Origin: an uncultured archaeon | Lineage (GTDB): Archaea > Asgardarchaeota > Lokiarchaeia > Sigyniarchaeales > SOKP01 | NCBI GenBank assembly: GCA_964583985.1 | Contig: CAZOYD010000008.1 | Location: 21,894 to 85,893, forward strand | Direction of reading: 5' to 3' | Length of the DNA: 64,000 bases | Shown here: piece by piece, positions 42,470-52,432 of the stretch | Numbering within the stretch: the stretch's first letter is position 1 | Layout: every line of letters starts with the position of its first letter | The notes under the pieces: generated by a model | Databases searched by the model: none | The model's input: the letters and a program-made list of their open reading frames with translations, nothing else | Told to the model about the DNA's origin: nothing | Position numbers and translations under genes: made by a program

Positions 42470-43678
42470 ATGAATCCTTTTTCACTTCTAATCAAACCCG
42501 CTGGAGCCGATTGTAATCTAAGATGTCAGTATTGCTTTTATATAGATCACTTGGATGAGGAAAAACCAAAACCTAGAATGTCTGTTCAAGTTTTAGAAAG
42601 GATAATTTCAAGTTACATGCAAACCAATCAAAATCTTAACTATGCTTTTGGGTTCCAAGGAGGAGAACCCACACTCATGGGTTTAGATTTTTTCAAAAAG
42701 GTTATTGAACTTCAGAAGAAACATGCTCCTCCTGGAGCTACTGTTAGCAATGGTCTTCAGACTAACGCAACACTAATTACTGAAGAAATAGCGAAATTTT
42801 TAGGGGAATATAAGTTTTTGGTTGGAGTAAGTTTAGATGGTCCAGAGTATCTTCACGATACCTATCGAAAAACTGTAGGAAAGACTCCCACTCACCACCT
42901 AGTTTTGCGAGGAATAGAAAATCTAAAAAAATTCCACGTTGAATTTAATATCTTAACCCTAATAAATAATGAGTCTGTAAAAAAAGCTGGAGAAATTTAT
43001 AACTATTTTAAAGAAAAGGGGTTTAATTTCCACCAATATATCCCTTGTGTTGAATTCGGAGAAAATAACAAGCTCCTACCTTATTCGATATCGGGGAGAG
43101 AATGGGGGGATTTTTTATGCGAACTTTTTGATGCTTGGGTAAAGGAGGATACGCGAAAAATTTCCATAAGGTTGTTTGACTCCATCATTGAATATATGGT
43201 GTATGGACGTTATAATGTTTGCCAAATGGGTCATAATTGTTGTCAATACTTTGTTGTAGAGTATGATGGGAATGTTTATCCTTGTGATTTTTTTGTAAGA
43301 GAAAATCTCTTATTAGGTAACATAACGACGGGTGATTGGGATGATTTTTTAACTTCACCTAAATATTTAGAATTTGGAAAACAGAAAGCTATTTGGAATA
43401 AAAAGTGTGAATCGTGTCTTTTTGTACAATTATGTAACGGGGATTGCCCTAAATTTCGACTTGAAAGCCCATCAACTCCTAGATCGCTCAGTACATTATG
43501 TCAAGGATGGAAAAAATTTTATGCTCATTCTTTTCCAATCTTTAAATCAATCGCTGAAGAATTGAGGAAGGAATTTAATGTAAAAAATCCGGTTCCTATT
43601 CAGAATCTTAAATTTGGGCGGAATGAACCTTGTCCATGTGGAAGTGGAAAGAAATATAAGTATTGTTGCATGATGTAA
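42470..43678 (+). CDS. Anaerobic sulfatase-maturating radical SAM/SPASM enzyme with SEC-C motif
   Basis: KP...CNLRCQYC, QGGEP, YPCD, SPASM cysteines and GRNEPCPCGSGKKYKYCC. Confidence 0.92.
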   Translation: MNPFSLLIKPAGADCNLRCQYCFYIDHLDEEKPKPRMSVQVLERIISSYMQTNQNLNYAFGFQGGEPTLMGLDFFKKVIELQKKHAPPGATVSNGLQTNATLITEEIAKFLGEYKFLVGVSLDGPEYLHDTYRKTVGKTPTHHLVLRGIENLKKFHVEFNILTLINNESVKKAGEIYNYFKEKGFNFHQYIPCVEFGENNKLLPYSISGREWGDFLCELFDAWVKEDTRKISIRLFDSIIEYMVYGRYNVCQMGHNCCQYFVVEYDGNVYPCDFFVRENLLLGNITTGDWDDFLTSPKYLEFGKQKAIWNKKCESCLFVQLCNGDCPKFRLESPSTPRSLSTLCQGWKKFYAHSFPIFKSIAEELRKEFNVKNPVPIQNLKFGRNEPCPCGSGKKYKYCCMM

Positions 43679-43693
43679 TCCAACTCAGTAATC

Positions 43694-44011
43694 GTGAATG
43701 ATATGCCTAGCGAATTTACTCAGGAAGTGGTTAAAATAATTCAAAGCATTCCAAAAGGGAAGGTTCTAACGTATGGAAAGATTGCTAAGATGGCCGGGAA
43801 TCCACGTGCTGCTAGACAGGTATCTTGGATATTGCATTCTTCCACAAAAAAATACGATTTACCATGGCATCGTGTTATTAATTCTAAAGGTTTGATCGCG
43901 CTAAATTCTGATGATGATCGTTATTATCAAAAAAATTTATTAATAGAAGAAGGAATAGAATTTAAGAGCGATTTTGGGATAGATTTAAAAAAATTTTTAT
44001 GGATAGGTTAA
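43694..44011 (+). CDS. Alkyltransferase-like protein (ATL, MGMT family)
   Basis: IPKGKVLTYG; PWHRV (Trp in place of the catalytic Cys). Confidence 0.92.
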   Translation: MNDMPSEFTQEVVKIIQSIPKGKVLTYGKIAKMAGNPRAARQVSWILHSSTKKYDLPWHRVINSKGLIALNSDDDRYYQKNLLIEEGIEFKSDFGIDLKKFLWIG

Positions 44012-44881
44012 ATCACGAATCTCTTTATAACCGATTACATGCAAATCATTTTCTTGAGCACATTCTTTTAAACGAGGATTTGTGAAAGCTTCATAATCCT
44101 TGTTTCGCCAAGATGCTGAATCAGGAGTGATAGCTTGTAATTCTGGGCTCATTTTTGCGGGATGAAATAGAAAATGAGTCAAACCAGGTTTTATTTGAGA
44201 AAATCTTTTACAATAATATTTAACCTTATTAGATTGAGGCCCCAAAGTATCAACAACAAGATGATCTAAAATTGGTACTCCACTATTCTCTAAATTAGTA
44301 AATAATTTCATGTAAAGGTCAACCTTATCACCAAGCCCCATGGTATGAAGTTCTACTTCGGATACTCGCGGTAAAAACGGTGCAACTTTAAATTCACGAG
44401 CTAATTTTAGATAAATCATGACGAACTTCGGGTCCATAACAGCTCCCATGTGCGAATCAATATGAGTAATTGGTATTCCCACATCAAGAGCTCTTTGAAT
44501 TTGCATACGCATTTCATTTTCTGCTGCTTGTGGAGAAATATTTGCAACTGCTTCTTCACTTGTACGCCATAAGGCTTTTTCAGAATCAATCAATCCTGTA
44601 GCAGAATCTACGCTAGATAATGCCCGCCAACGATAAAGATCATACTCACATGTAAGTGTTAAATGAACTCCAAGATCGTACTTTGGATTTTTTTTATAAA
44701 ATGCTGCTGCTTCTAAAAACCAAGGAGCAACTGTAATAATCGATCCACAGCTAGCAAGACCATAATCTAGACATTCAAATGCACCAACATTCGAAGAATG
44801 TGAAAATCCCATATCATCAATATGAAAAATTACAACTTTATCTTTTTTCGCATCGAAACCGAGTTTTTCAATAAGAGACAT
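43997..44881 (-). CDS. YdjC/ChbG-family carbohydrate deacetylase
   Basis: HIDDMG, GVHLTL, THIDSHMG and FHP motifs. Confidence 0.9.
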   Translation of the reverse strand: MSLIEKLGFDAKKDKVVIFHIDDMGFSHSSNVGAFECLDYGLASCGSIITVAPWFLEAAAFYKKNPKYDLGVHLTLTCEYDLYRWRALSSVDSATGLIDSEKALWRTSEEAVANISPQAAENEMRMQIQRALDVGIPITHIDSHMGAVMDPKFVMIYLKLAREFKVAPFLPRVSEVELHTMGLGDKVDLYMKLFTNLENSGVPILDHLVVDTLGPQSNKVKYYCKRFSQIKPGLTHFLFHPAKMSPELQAITPDSASWRNKDYEAFTNPRLKECAQENDLHVIGYKEIRDLTYP

Positions 44882-44971
44882 ATTTGAATGGAATTCTCTA
44901 CAATATTAATATTTGTGCAATCCGAATAATGGATGATGAAATGTGAAATTACGAGATAAAATACTCTTTTT

Positions 44972-45250
44972 TTAAAATTCTATCATTTCATAGAGGTTAA
45001 TATTACCCTTAGTCTCTTTTTGGATTAGCTTTCTTATTTTATTATTGACTATGAATTGCATGCCATTCTCTTGACCATCGATTATAGCAGATAATAATTC
45101 ACCTGTTGTGGGAATGCTAATCGAATCAAAAAAATTTTCTCTTAAGAAAGTTCTAATTTCTGGTGCACTATGGAGAATATTCAATTCCAAAGAATTAAAA
45201 ATATTCGTTGCTCGAACTATCCAATTTTTCTTTGTTAACTCAACTGTCAT
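44972..45250 (-). CDS. Hypothetical protein
   Basis: 92-aa ORF filling the intergenic gap. Confidence 0.55.
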   Translation of the reverse strand: MTVELTKKNWIVRATNIFNSLELNILHSAPEIRTFLRENFFDSISIPTTGELLSAIIDGQENGMQFIVNNKIRKLIQKETKGNINLYEMIEF

Positions 45251-45395
45251 GTATATTATTTATTTTTTCTACTTAAAAAATTTAAGTGCAAATATCAATT
45301 CAAATTTTGTAATCATAAAATATAACGATAATTTTAAATAGATAATTTACTGTTACAAAAATTGAAGAGAAGAAATAACTAAAAATATATTCTTA

Positions 45396-46514
45396 ATGGA
45401 GAAAAAGATGACTTTTGAAGATAATACACCTAAAATTTTAAAGGATGCTCTTGGATCATATAGGTTTAAAATAAAACGCTTTTTTCCTGAAAAAATTTTC
45501 TACATGATTTCAGATCAAAAGCAGAAGATTAATCGTAAACTCTTAAATCAAGAATATGAAAATCGAGTTAGAAGAACTCAGCCTTGGAACGAAAATTTAG
45601 TGATAATTGCTGCTGATCATCCTGCAAGACGAGTAACGAAAGTCGGATCTGATGATCTGGCAATGGGGAATAGACAACAATATTTGGGTCGTATTCTTCG
45701 AGTTTTAATCCTTGATGAAGTGGATGGATTAATGACAACTCCTGATATCATGGATGATTTGTTCATATTAAATTATTTATTCAAGCAGAAGGAAGGTATT
45801 AGTTTTTTGGATAATAAGATTTTAATTGGGTGTACAAATAGGGGAGGATTGTCTGGCTCGATGTATGAAATGGATGATCGTGTAACTGCTTATAACATCG
45901 AGGATATTAGACGTTTGGGACTTGATGGAGCAAAAATGATGTTTAGACTCGATTTAAACTCTAAAATGGCCAAATACAGTCAAAGAACCATTGAAATGTG
46001 TTCTAAAATGATAAGAGAATGTAATAAATACGATATCCCAGTGTTTCTTGAACCCTTACCTGTAAGAAGGGATAATGATGATTGTTATCATGTAATATTA
46101 GATTCAAGAGAAATAATAAAAACGATCGGTATTGCAACTGCTTTAGGTGGTGGTTCGTTAAACATATGGCTAAAAATTCCATATGTAGAGAATTATGAAC
46201 ATGTAGTGAGATCTACAACTAACCCTATTTTGATCCTCGGTGGAGCAAGTACAGGCAACCCGATTGATATTTTAGAAAATTTTGAAAAGGGATTGGGAGC
46301 AGGTAAAAATGTTAAAGGGTGCTTAGTTGGTCGAAATATACTTTATCCTGGATTTGACGATCCTAGAGCAGTTGCTTTAGCGGTGTCGAAAATTTTTCAT
46401 GAACATGAAAGTACTGAAAATGCAATAAAATTCTTAGTTGAAAATCGAGGAAAAAAAATGGATTACTTAAGCTCAAAGATAATGAGATTTTCTCTAACAA
46501 GAGAAGATATATGA
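45396..46514 (+). CDS. Class I aldolase-fold protein (Cgl0159-like)
   Basis: AADHPAR, NRGGL.G..EMDD, FLEP, WLKIP, LGG and VGR motifs. Confidence 0.8.
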   Translation: MEKKMTFEDNTPKILKDALGSYRFKIKRFFPEKIFYMISDQKQKINRKLLNQEYENRVRRTQPWNENLVIIAADHPARRVTKVGSDDLAMGNRQQYLGRILRVLILDEVDGLMTTPDIMDDLFILNYLFKQKEGISFLDNKILIGCTNRGGLSGSMYEMDDRVTAYNIEDIRRLGLDGAKMMFRLDLNSKMAKYSQRTIEMCSKMIRECNKYDIPVFLEPLPVRRDNDDCYHVILDSREIIKTIGIATALGGGSLNIWLKIPYVENYEHVVRSTTNPILILGGASTGNPIDILENFEKGLGAGKNVKGCLVGRNILYPGFDDPRAVALAVSKIFHEHESTENAIKFLVENRGKKMDYLSSKIMRFSLTREDI

Positions 46515-46563
46515 TGTATCTAATAACCAAATTTATATTATCCTCTTTCTTTCTTTTATCATA

Positions 46564-46986
46564 ATGCGTTTTTTATCTTTTCATTGTGATTATTTCAGAT
46601 ATTCAACAACCAAGAGGAGTCGCTCGAGAGTTTTTGAAGAACTTACTGAAAAAAATAAGGAAGGATCACTCGAAAACCTTATTGTATTCTTTATTAGTAT
46701 AGAAAAACAAGACGAGACCGATGATCAAATTTTTCAAAAATGCATTATTGAAATAGAAAAAATCACCACCCAACTAAAAGTTAAAAATATTGTCCTTTTA
46801 TCGTTTGCTCACTTGTTTGGAGAGCTAAGTTCTCCTGAATTTGGCTTATCAGCTCTTAAAGAGATTGAAAACTTGCTTAATAAAAAAAAGTATGAGATTT
46901 TAAGGCCTCCTTTTGGGTGGTTTAATGAACTTGAGCTGAAAGCTAAAGGTCATCCTCTCTCAAGAATTTCGAGGAAAATTAATTAG
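46564..46986 (+). CDS. Stand-alone archaeal ThrRS editing domain
   Basis: HCDYF, FAHL, PFGW and KGHPLS motifs. Confidence 0.88.
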   Translation: MRFLSFHCDYFRYSTTKRSRSRVFEELTEKNKEGSLENLIVFFISIEKQDETDDQIFQKCIIEIEKITTQLKVKNIVLLSFAHLFGELSSPEFGLSALKEIENLLNKKKYEILRPPFGWFNELELKAKGHPLSRISRKIN

Positions 46987-47101
46987 TAGTTGTTTTTAAA
47001 ATTTCTCTGAGTCCAGCTATTTATTTTTTAAAATTTTTTATTTATATTAGTTCAATTCAACATAAATCCATGAAATCAAAAAATAATGTTGGAGGTAAAA
47101 T

Positions 47102-47590
47102 ATGGTAGAAACCCATGATTATTCATTTTTCGGTAAATCAACAGGATTAATACTAAGAAGTCGGAGCTTGAATGAACCTTTTATATTTTTAACGTGCGTG
47201 AGAAAAAAACGCGATGGTATGTGGGAAAAGACTTCTCAAGGTGAAGGTAAGACAATGCGCTTATCATTGGAAGAAATGATATCCATCAAGGAAGTATTTA
47301 AGAAATGTCCTTCTTCATGGAACACGATCCATAAATATAAGGAAGACATGACCAGCATTGAATTTGTGTCAAGGGAGGATCAATCCTTGCCCTATCTCTT
47401 GAAGATCGGAACATATCCCAAACCACTCACGTTTGCTCAAGGAGAGATCTTTCGAATGTTATTAGATCATCTCATTACGGAAAAAATTGAGAACTTAAAC
47501 ACTTTCCTCAAGAAATCTACTAACTCCGAAGAATTAAAATCGACAGCACAAAATTACTTGTACATTAAGGAAGAAACGACGAATACTTAA
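47102..47590 (+). CDS. Hypothetical protein, possible PC4/Whirly-like ssDNA-binding fold
   Basis: GGAGGT ribosome-binding site; two beta-rich/helix units ending in RLSLEE and PLTFAQ. Confidence 0.55.
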   Translation: MVETHDYSFFGKSTGLILRSRSLNEPFIFLTCVRKKRDGMWEKTSQGEGKTMRLSLEEMISIKEVFKKCPSSWNTIHKYKEDMTSIEFVSREDQSLPYLLKIGTYPKPLTFAQGEIFRMLLDHLITEKIENLNTFLKKSTNSEELKSTAQNYLYIKEETTNT

Positions 47591-47630
47591 AATTTCATTT
47601 TTCTTCTTTCTTTTTTATACCCTAATCATT

Positions 47631-48830
47631 TCACTTATTTCGTTCTAACTCATCTAATTGGGCTAAAATCCATATTTTGAATTGATTAAAATTCTTGATT
47701 GAGGGAACGGGAGGAATTATTGCAGGAGAAGAGTTTTTTATTGGTTTTTCGTCATTGTTTTCAGTAGAAGGAACAATTTTAGCGTGGTATTCATTAAAGT
47801 CTTGTTTGATTTCATTTGATTTTAACCATGTTGTAGGAATGTTAAGTTTTAAGAAAAGATCATGTAACAATTCAATTTCTTCATTATCCAAGACTAGCTT
47901 AAAGTTTAACCATTGCTTGATGAAATCTTCTGAAATTCCCTCTTTCCAGTGATGATTTCGTAGGTAATTGTAAAGTTCCTTTGGATCATAAAGTTGAACC
48001 AGTTCCAAATTCGCTGGATTAACGTGTTCGCTCCTATAATCGTGAAGTGACGTGACAAAAGCTTGAGCAATGCTTCGCTTTGTTGATAATATAGTTTCAT
48101 ATTCGCCCGAAAAGTCAGAATCATTAACTCGAGAAGAATTATTTGAGTTTTTTACTCTTGGTCTTATAACTGAGGTAAGTAACGACTTGGTTATCTCTTC
48201 AGGAATAACAATTTTAAAAAAGTTTTGGGTAAATTGAAGGATACGAGACCAAAATTTTTGGGGAAAAATTGATTGATGTTCTTCCAAGATGGCTCGAACA
48301 CGCTCTTTACTAGTTGATTCAATCAACTCCTTGTATATACGGGTTGCAATGCCCTTGATCCGCATGAGTAAATCTTGTAAAACGTTTTGATCCCCTTGTG
48401 ATTGCCGAAAAAGTTCCATCTCAAATTCCAACTCGCTATTATTTTTTAGGGAAGGATTTATAAACTTCTTACTTTTCTTGTTATAAAAAAGGATTTGGTT
48501 ACTGTTCGCAAGAGATTCGACATTTTCGTTAGTGTTAATGATATATCTTACATTTTTTATTGCGATTATGGACCGAATGATGATTTTACTCGCATTATAT
48601 ACGAAAAAAAGAGAAGGACTTTGGGAATAGGTGCTAGATTGATGTTCGAGGATGCTTCCAATATCGTTTAATGTCGTACAGTCTAATTCAATGGAAGAAT
48701 GCCCCGTGGCGAAAAGTTCCAATGCCTTTAAATGCTTGATATCTAAATATGGATATATAACCACGTTCTTTTGTTGGAAAAAGATAACTTGCATTAGTTC
48801 CGGTGTCAGGAAATCAGATCCCACATCCAT
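47631..48830 (-). CDS. Hypothetical protein
   Basis: 399-aa ORF with no recognised motif. Confidence 0.7.
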   Translation of the reverse strand: MDVGSDFLTPELMQVIFFQQKNVVIYPYLDIKHLKALELFATGHSSIELDCTTLNDIGSILEHQSSTYSQSPSLFFVYNASKIIIRSIIAIKNVRYIINTNENVESLANSNQILFYNKKSKKFINPSLKNNSELEFEMELFRQSQGDQNVLQDLLMRIKGIATRIYKELIESTSKERVRAILEEHQSIFPQKFWSRILQFTQNFFKIVIPEEITKSLLTSVIRPRVKNSNNSSRVNDSDFSGEYETILSTKRSIAQAFVTSLHDYRSEHVNPANLELVQLYDPKELYNYLRNHHWKEGISEDFIKQWLNFKLVLDNEEIELLHDLFLKLNIPTTWLKSNEIKQDFNEYHAKIVPSTENNDEKPIKNSSPAIIPPVPSIKNFNQFKIWILAQLDELERNK

Positions 48831-48925
48831 TAGACTTTATCATCTCTCTTAATTATCAATCTTAAACACTATCATTTATTCACAAAATCGGTTATTCCTG
48901 TTTTATATGTTAATAATCTATACGG

Positions 48926-49585
48926 TTAGAGTTCTACAACTGCCGTGAAATAGCGAAAAATGACTTGATACATCAAGTCTTGAAAACATTCACGCACGTT
49001 ATCTCCATTTACTGCCACACATGGATATATTACTTGCGTCTCATCGTCGAACCGGTCGAAGCCAGGAAGCCCTAATTGCTTCTTAAATTCTTCGATTGGA
49101 ATAGCATTGGGGAGATCCCGCTTGTTTAACTGAACCAAGAATGGTATCTTTCTTGGACCCGCAAATGCTACTAACTCTCGAAAGCTTCGCTTGTTTTCTT
49201 CCATAATAGCGGGATTTGAATCTGCAACAAAGATGATTCCATCAGCTCCGTCCAATACATACTCTCTTGTAGAAAGAAATCGTTCCTGACCCGTGCACGT
49301 CAAAATTTGGGTTATAATATTATACTTGGCAGGTCCAATATCCACGTAAAAGGATAATCGAATTGAATCTTGCCATAAAGTTCTTCCATCAGTGGTTTCG
49401 ATTGACAGCCCACCATTTAGTTTCACTCCATCATATTTTTCCCTCAACCTGAAGTAGTTAGTTGTTTTTCCTGACTCTCCTGGCCCCCAATACACGATCT
49501 TGAACTGTAAGATATCTGCTAACTTGTTGATCCCTGAGTTTGCAGACAATTCAATATCCTTTTCTTTATTGGTATTAATGCTCAT
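48926..49585 (-). CDS. MglA-like small GTPase
   Basis: KIVYWGPGESGKTTN, RTL, TCTGQ, GADGIIFVADS and NKRDL motifs. Confidence 0.9.
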   Translation of the reverse strand: MSINTNKEKDIELSANSGINKLADILQFKIVYWGPGESGKTTNYFRLREKYDGVKLNGGLSIETTDGRTLWQDSIRLSFYVDIGPAKYNIITQILTCTGQERFLSTREYVLDGADGIIFVADSNPAIMEENKRSFRELVAFAGPRKIPFLVQLNKRDLPNAIPIEEFKKQLGLPGFDRFDDETQVIYPCVAVNGDNVRECFQDLMYQVIFRYFTAVVEL

Positions 49586-49608
49586 TTTATATTTTACCTC
49601 CGAGAAAA

Positions 49609-50142
49609 TTAAGATGATTGGAACACTTTCTTTTTAAGATCGATAAGATGTTTCTTGAGTTCAACTTCGGTCATTTCTAAGCGTGAAACTGTTTTAGCAC
49701 TTTGTTCTATAGTTTTTCGTAAAAGTTCCGCGTATTTATTCATCTGAAGTATTATAACTCCAATATTTACTTCATTGTCTACCAATAAAATGATAAGAAT
49801 TTCGCGTTTACCTTTCCTTGGTAGTACAACATTTCCTACTGACCTGACGTAGAGTTGTAAATCCTTGAAAATTATCGAACCTCTTACTAAATCGGCAGTT
49901 TCAAAAAAATCTTGTGCTTGACGGGCAACACCATACATCGCAGCACCGACCGAACTTAAATCCCAATAATTAAGTTTCCGATCAAATCGGGAATCTATGG
50001 CTATAATTTTTGCATCTTGGTCAATAGCTATCATGCCATAAATGAATCCCTTTCTGGTAAGCATTCCGTAATCTTGTCGCATCTTATCCAATACTTTTGT
50101 AATTTCATTTTCATAGAGATCTTTCGGTATATAATTTGTCAT
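49609..50142 (-). CDS. Roadblock/MglB-like protein with C-terminal helix
   Basis: Roadblock pattern ending ILLVDNEVNIGVI; directly upstream of the MglA-like gene. Confidence 0.72.
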   Translation of the reverse strand: MTNYIPKDLYENEITKVLDKMRQDYGMLTRKGFIYGMIAIDQDAKIIAIDSRFDRKLNYWDLSSVGAAMYGVARQAQDFFETADLVRGSIIFKDLQLYVRSVGNVVLPRKGKREILIILLVDNEVNIGVIILQMNKYAELLRKTIEQSAKTVSRLEMTEVELKKHLIDLKKKVFQSS

Positions 50143-50253
50143 GTGTTTTACTTTCCTTGTAATTACAATTTTAAGATAAATACTATGTGAAGATATTTAA
50201 AAAAAAAGAAAATCAGATTTTTTGATATTTTTAGCCATCAAAATGCAATCCCT

Positions 50254-51195
50254 TTAAGATGATCGCAATGAAGATTTTTTAGTGAAAATAAGCTCTTTTT
50301 CTCCCGTATATGAGTTTTCTTTAACCAATAGATTATGAAATGAGTAGACTTTACCATCTTCTATCATTTTCAAGTATTTAATAGCAGCATCGCTCCATAG
50401 TATGATCCTAGCAGAAAATCCTTCCTCATCCGTTATATTGAGTTTTAAGAGAAAAGTTAGTTGTCCCGATTTTAAAGAGATTTCTTTGAATTCTTCCACG
50501 TTCACAATACCTCTTACGACGCGAATGAATTTTTGATTTTGCATTGAGATTTGTAAGGGTATTGAATTTTTTAACTCACTTTTTTTGGTTATTTTTTCTA
50601 ATGGTTCCAATTTTTCAAGCCGTTTCCTTTCTGTGGGATTAAGGTCTTCGGGAGCAATCATTATTTTTCCCTTCCTTCCAAGATGGATTTCAAGTTCTTC
50701 ATTTCTCCCCATTTTGGAATATCCTTGGAGGATTCTCACTAAAATCCCTTCATAGAAGTATTCAGATTGAAGAATTTTTACCAGCTCATCCCATATCACC
50801 ACCTTAATTGCATCGCTTTCGTCTTGTAGGAGGAAAGATCCAACCATTCCTATCGAACCATCATTTCGCGTGAACTCGTTGATTTTAAATACTTGAATTA
50901 CTTTTCCCAATATTACAATATTAGTCATTCCCTCACTTACTTCAGAAATAAGGATCCTAAATTCGTCATAATCGATTTCTTCTTCAACTATGTGATATAC
51001 TTCGGGATCCAGATCAGGATTGCGGATGTTAATGCCATGTTCCTTCGCGATGAGAAATAACATTCCTTCTGGACTCATAAATCCTCCGAACTCTTGGCTT
51101 TTTTTTCGCATGGCCGTTTTGATCTCTTCATCCTCGAGACCCTCCTTTAATAGGATCTGATATAACTCATCATTAAAAGAACTCACTTTAATCAC
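50254..51195 (-). CDS. rpa: RPA/SSB with N-terminal helical domain and two OB folds
   Basis: F.R.DGS.G.VGSFLLQDES..IKVVIWD; second OB fold ITDEEG...IILW. Confidence 0.85.
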   Translation of the reverse strand: MIKVSSFNDELYQILLKEGLEDEEIKTAMRKKSQEFGGFMSPEGMLFLIAKEHGINIRNPDLDPEVYHIVEEEIDYDEFRILISEVSEGMTNIVILGKVIQVFKINEFTRNDGSIGMVGSFLLQDESDAIKVVIWDELVKILQSEYFYEGILVRILQGYSKMGRNEELEIHLGRKGKIMIAPEDLNPTERKRLEKLEPLEKITKKSELKNSIPLQISMQNQKFIRVVRGIVNVEEFKEISLKSGQLTFLLKLNITDEEGFSARIILWSDAAIKYLKMIEDGKVYSFHNLLVKENSYTGEKELIFTKKSSLRSS

Positions 51196-51251
51196 AATAA
51201 TTTTGACTTTTTTGGATGAAACTGATATCTTTATTTTTAAAGAAAAAAAAA

Positions 51252-52340
51252 TTAATATTCTAATAATTTTTTCTGTATCTTACGGGGTTCATTCAAGTGA
51301 GAGCACGAGTACTTGATTGTTTTATTAAAGTTCGTGATCACTTTTTCAAGATTATTTCTAACCCTTTCTTCGTCTAATCGATGATCCCTACACAACAATG
51401 CGATAATATTTTCTTCATGGGGCATATTCCAGTGAAGATTAGGATATTTATTTAATACATCTGGAAAGAGAAATATTTGCCGCACTTGTTTAATGATTGA
51501 AGCGTTCAATTTGGAAAAATCGTATTTATCTTTCTCACTGTTTATAACTCTTTCAATTGTCTTGTAAAGTTTTATCAATCTTAGTGCATTTTTTGGACCT
51601 ATTTCTTTGATACCCAGGAAATAATCTGTACCAATGAGCAGTCCCATATCTACTAATTGGAATTGAGAAATGTTTAAACTTTTTAAAAAAACCTTTAATT
51701 CAATGAGTTGGGGCTGTATTTTTGTATAGGTCCACTTACCACGCTCCTTTCTGCGCAATGATTTGGAAAGGTCGCGTACGATACGAGGACATCCAAAAAG
51801 AAGAGAATCATAATCTTGGGAGTTGGAATAACGAGCGATACCATCCTTTACCAATTGAGCGCATTGTGATTCTGCAGAAGCAGGGGATTCGATATAGGGG
51901 ATTCCTAATCCACCGAGTAGGGCTTTTGATTCCTTGATAATATTGGGCCATAAATATTCTGAACTCAATGCTATGGATCGAGCTTGGTTTTTATCTCCAT
52001 CATTCAATGCCTGTTTGAACCATCGTTCGGTAAACAAGAAATCCTTGAGCCGATCTTTTGTGCGAATTTTTTTAAGTTCTGAATCAATTCCATCGAAACA
52101 AAAAATAGGAAGGATTCGTTTGGAATAATAAAAATTCACTCGATATAATAATCCATAAAGGTGAGATATTGGTCGTTGAGTACCGTCAAGAAAATACTTG
52201 AAATCCATGGAAGAATTTTTATGGGAAAAAGAGAATAGGCTCGAAATAATATTAGGAGCATCAATTGCAATGACATTTCCTGCTAAATCCGATGCCTCGA
52301 TTGGAATCGGAATCAATATCTCTCGTAATTTAATTCCCAT
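51252..52340 (-). CDS. fen: Flap endonuclease FEN1-family paralog
   Basis: MG start; IDA, SHL.GL, FDG, SQDYDSLLFG, GTDY and IGPK motifs; PIP-like QKKLLEY. Confidence 0.88.
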   Translation of the reverse strand: MGIKLREILIPIPIEASDLAGNVIAIDAPNIISSLFSFSHKNSSMDFKYFLDGTQRPISHLYGLLYRVNFYYSKRILPIFCFDGIDSELKKIRTKDRLKDFLFTERWFKQALNDGDKNQARSIALSSEYLWPNIIKESKALLGGLGIPYIESPASAESQCAQLVKDGIARYSNSQDYDSLLFGCPRIVRDLSKSLRRKERGKWTYTKIQPQLIELKVFLKSLNISQFQLVDMGLLIGTDYFLGIKEIGPKNALRLIKLYKTIERVINSEKDKYDFSKLNASIIKQVRQIFLFPDVLNKYPNLHWNMPHEENIIALLCRDHRLDEERVRNNLEKVITNFNKTIKYSCSHLNEPRKIQKKLLEY

Positions 52341-52432
52341 GATATCAATGATGGCTATTCATTTATAAAAAAAAAATGACAAGTTCAATTTTTTCTTTAA
52401 AATAAAACAGTGCAAATGGAAGACAAACTAAG

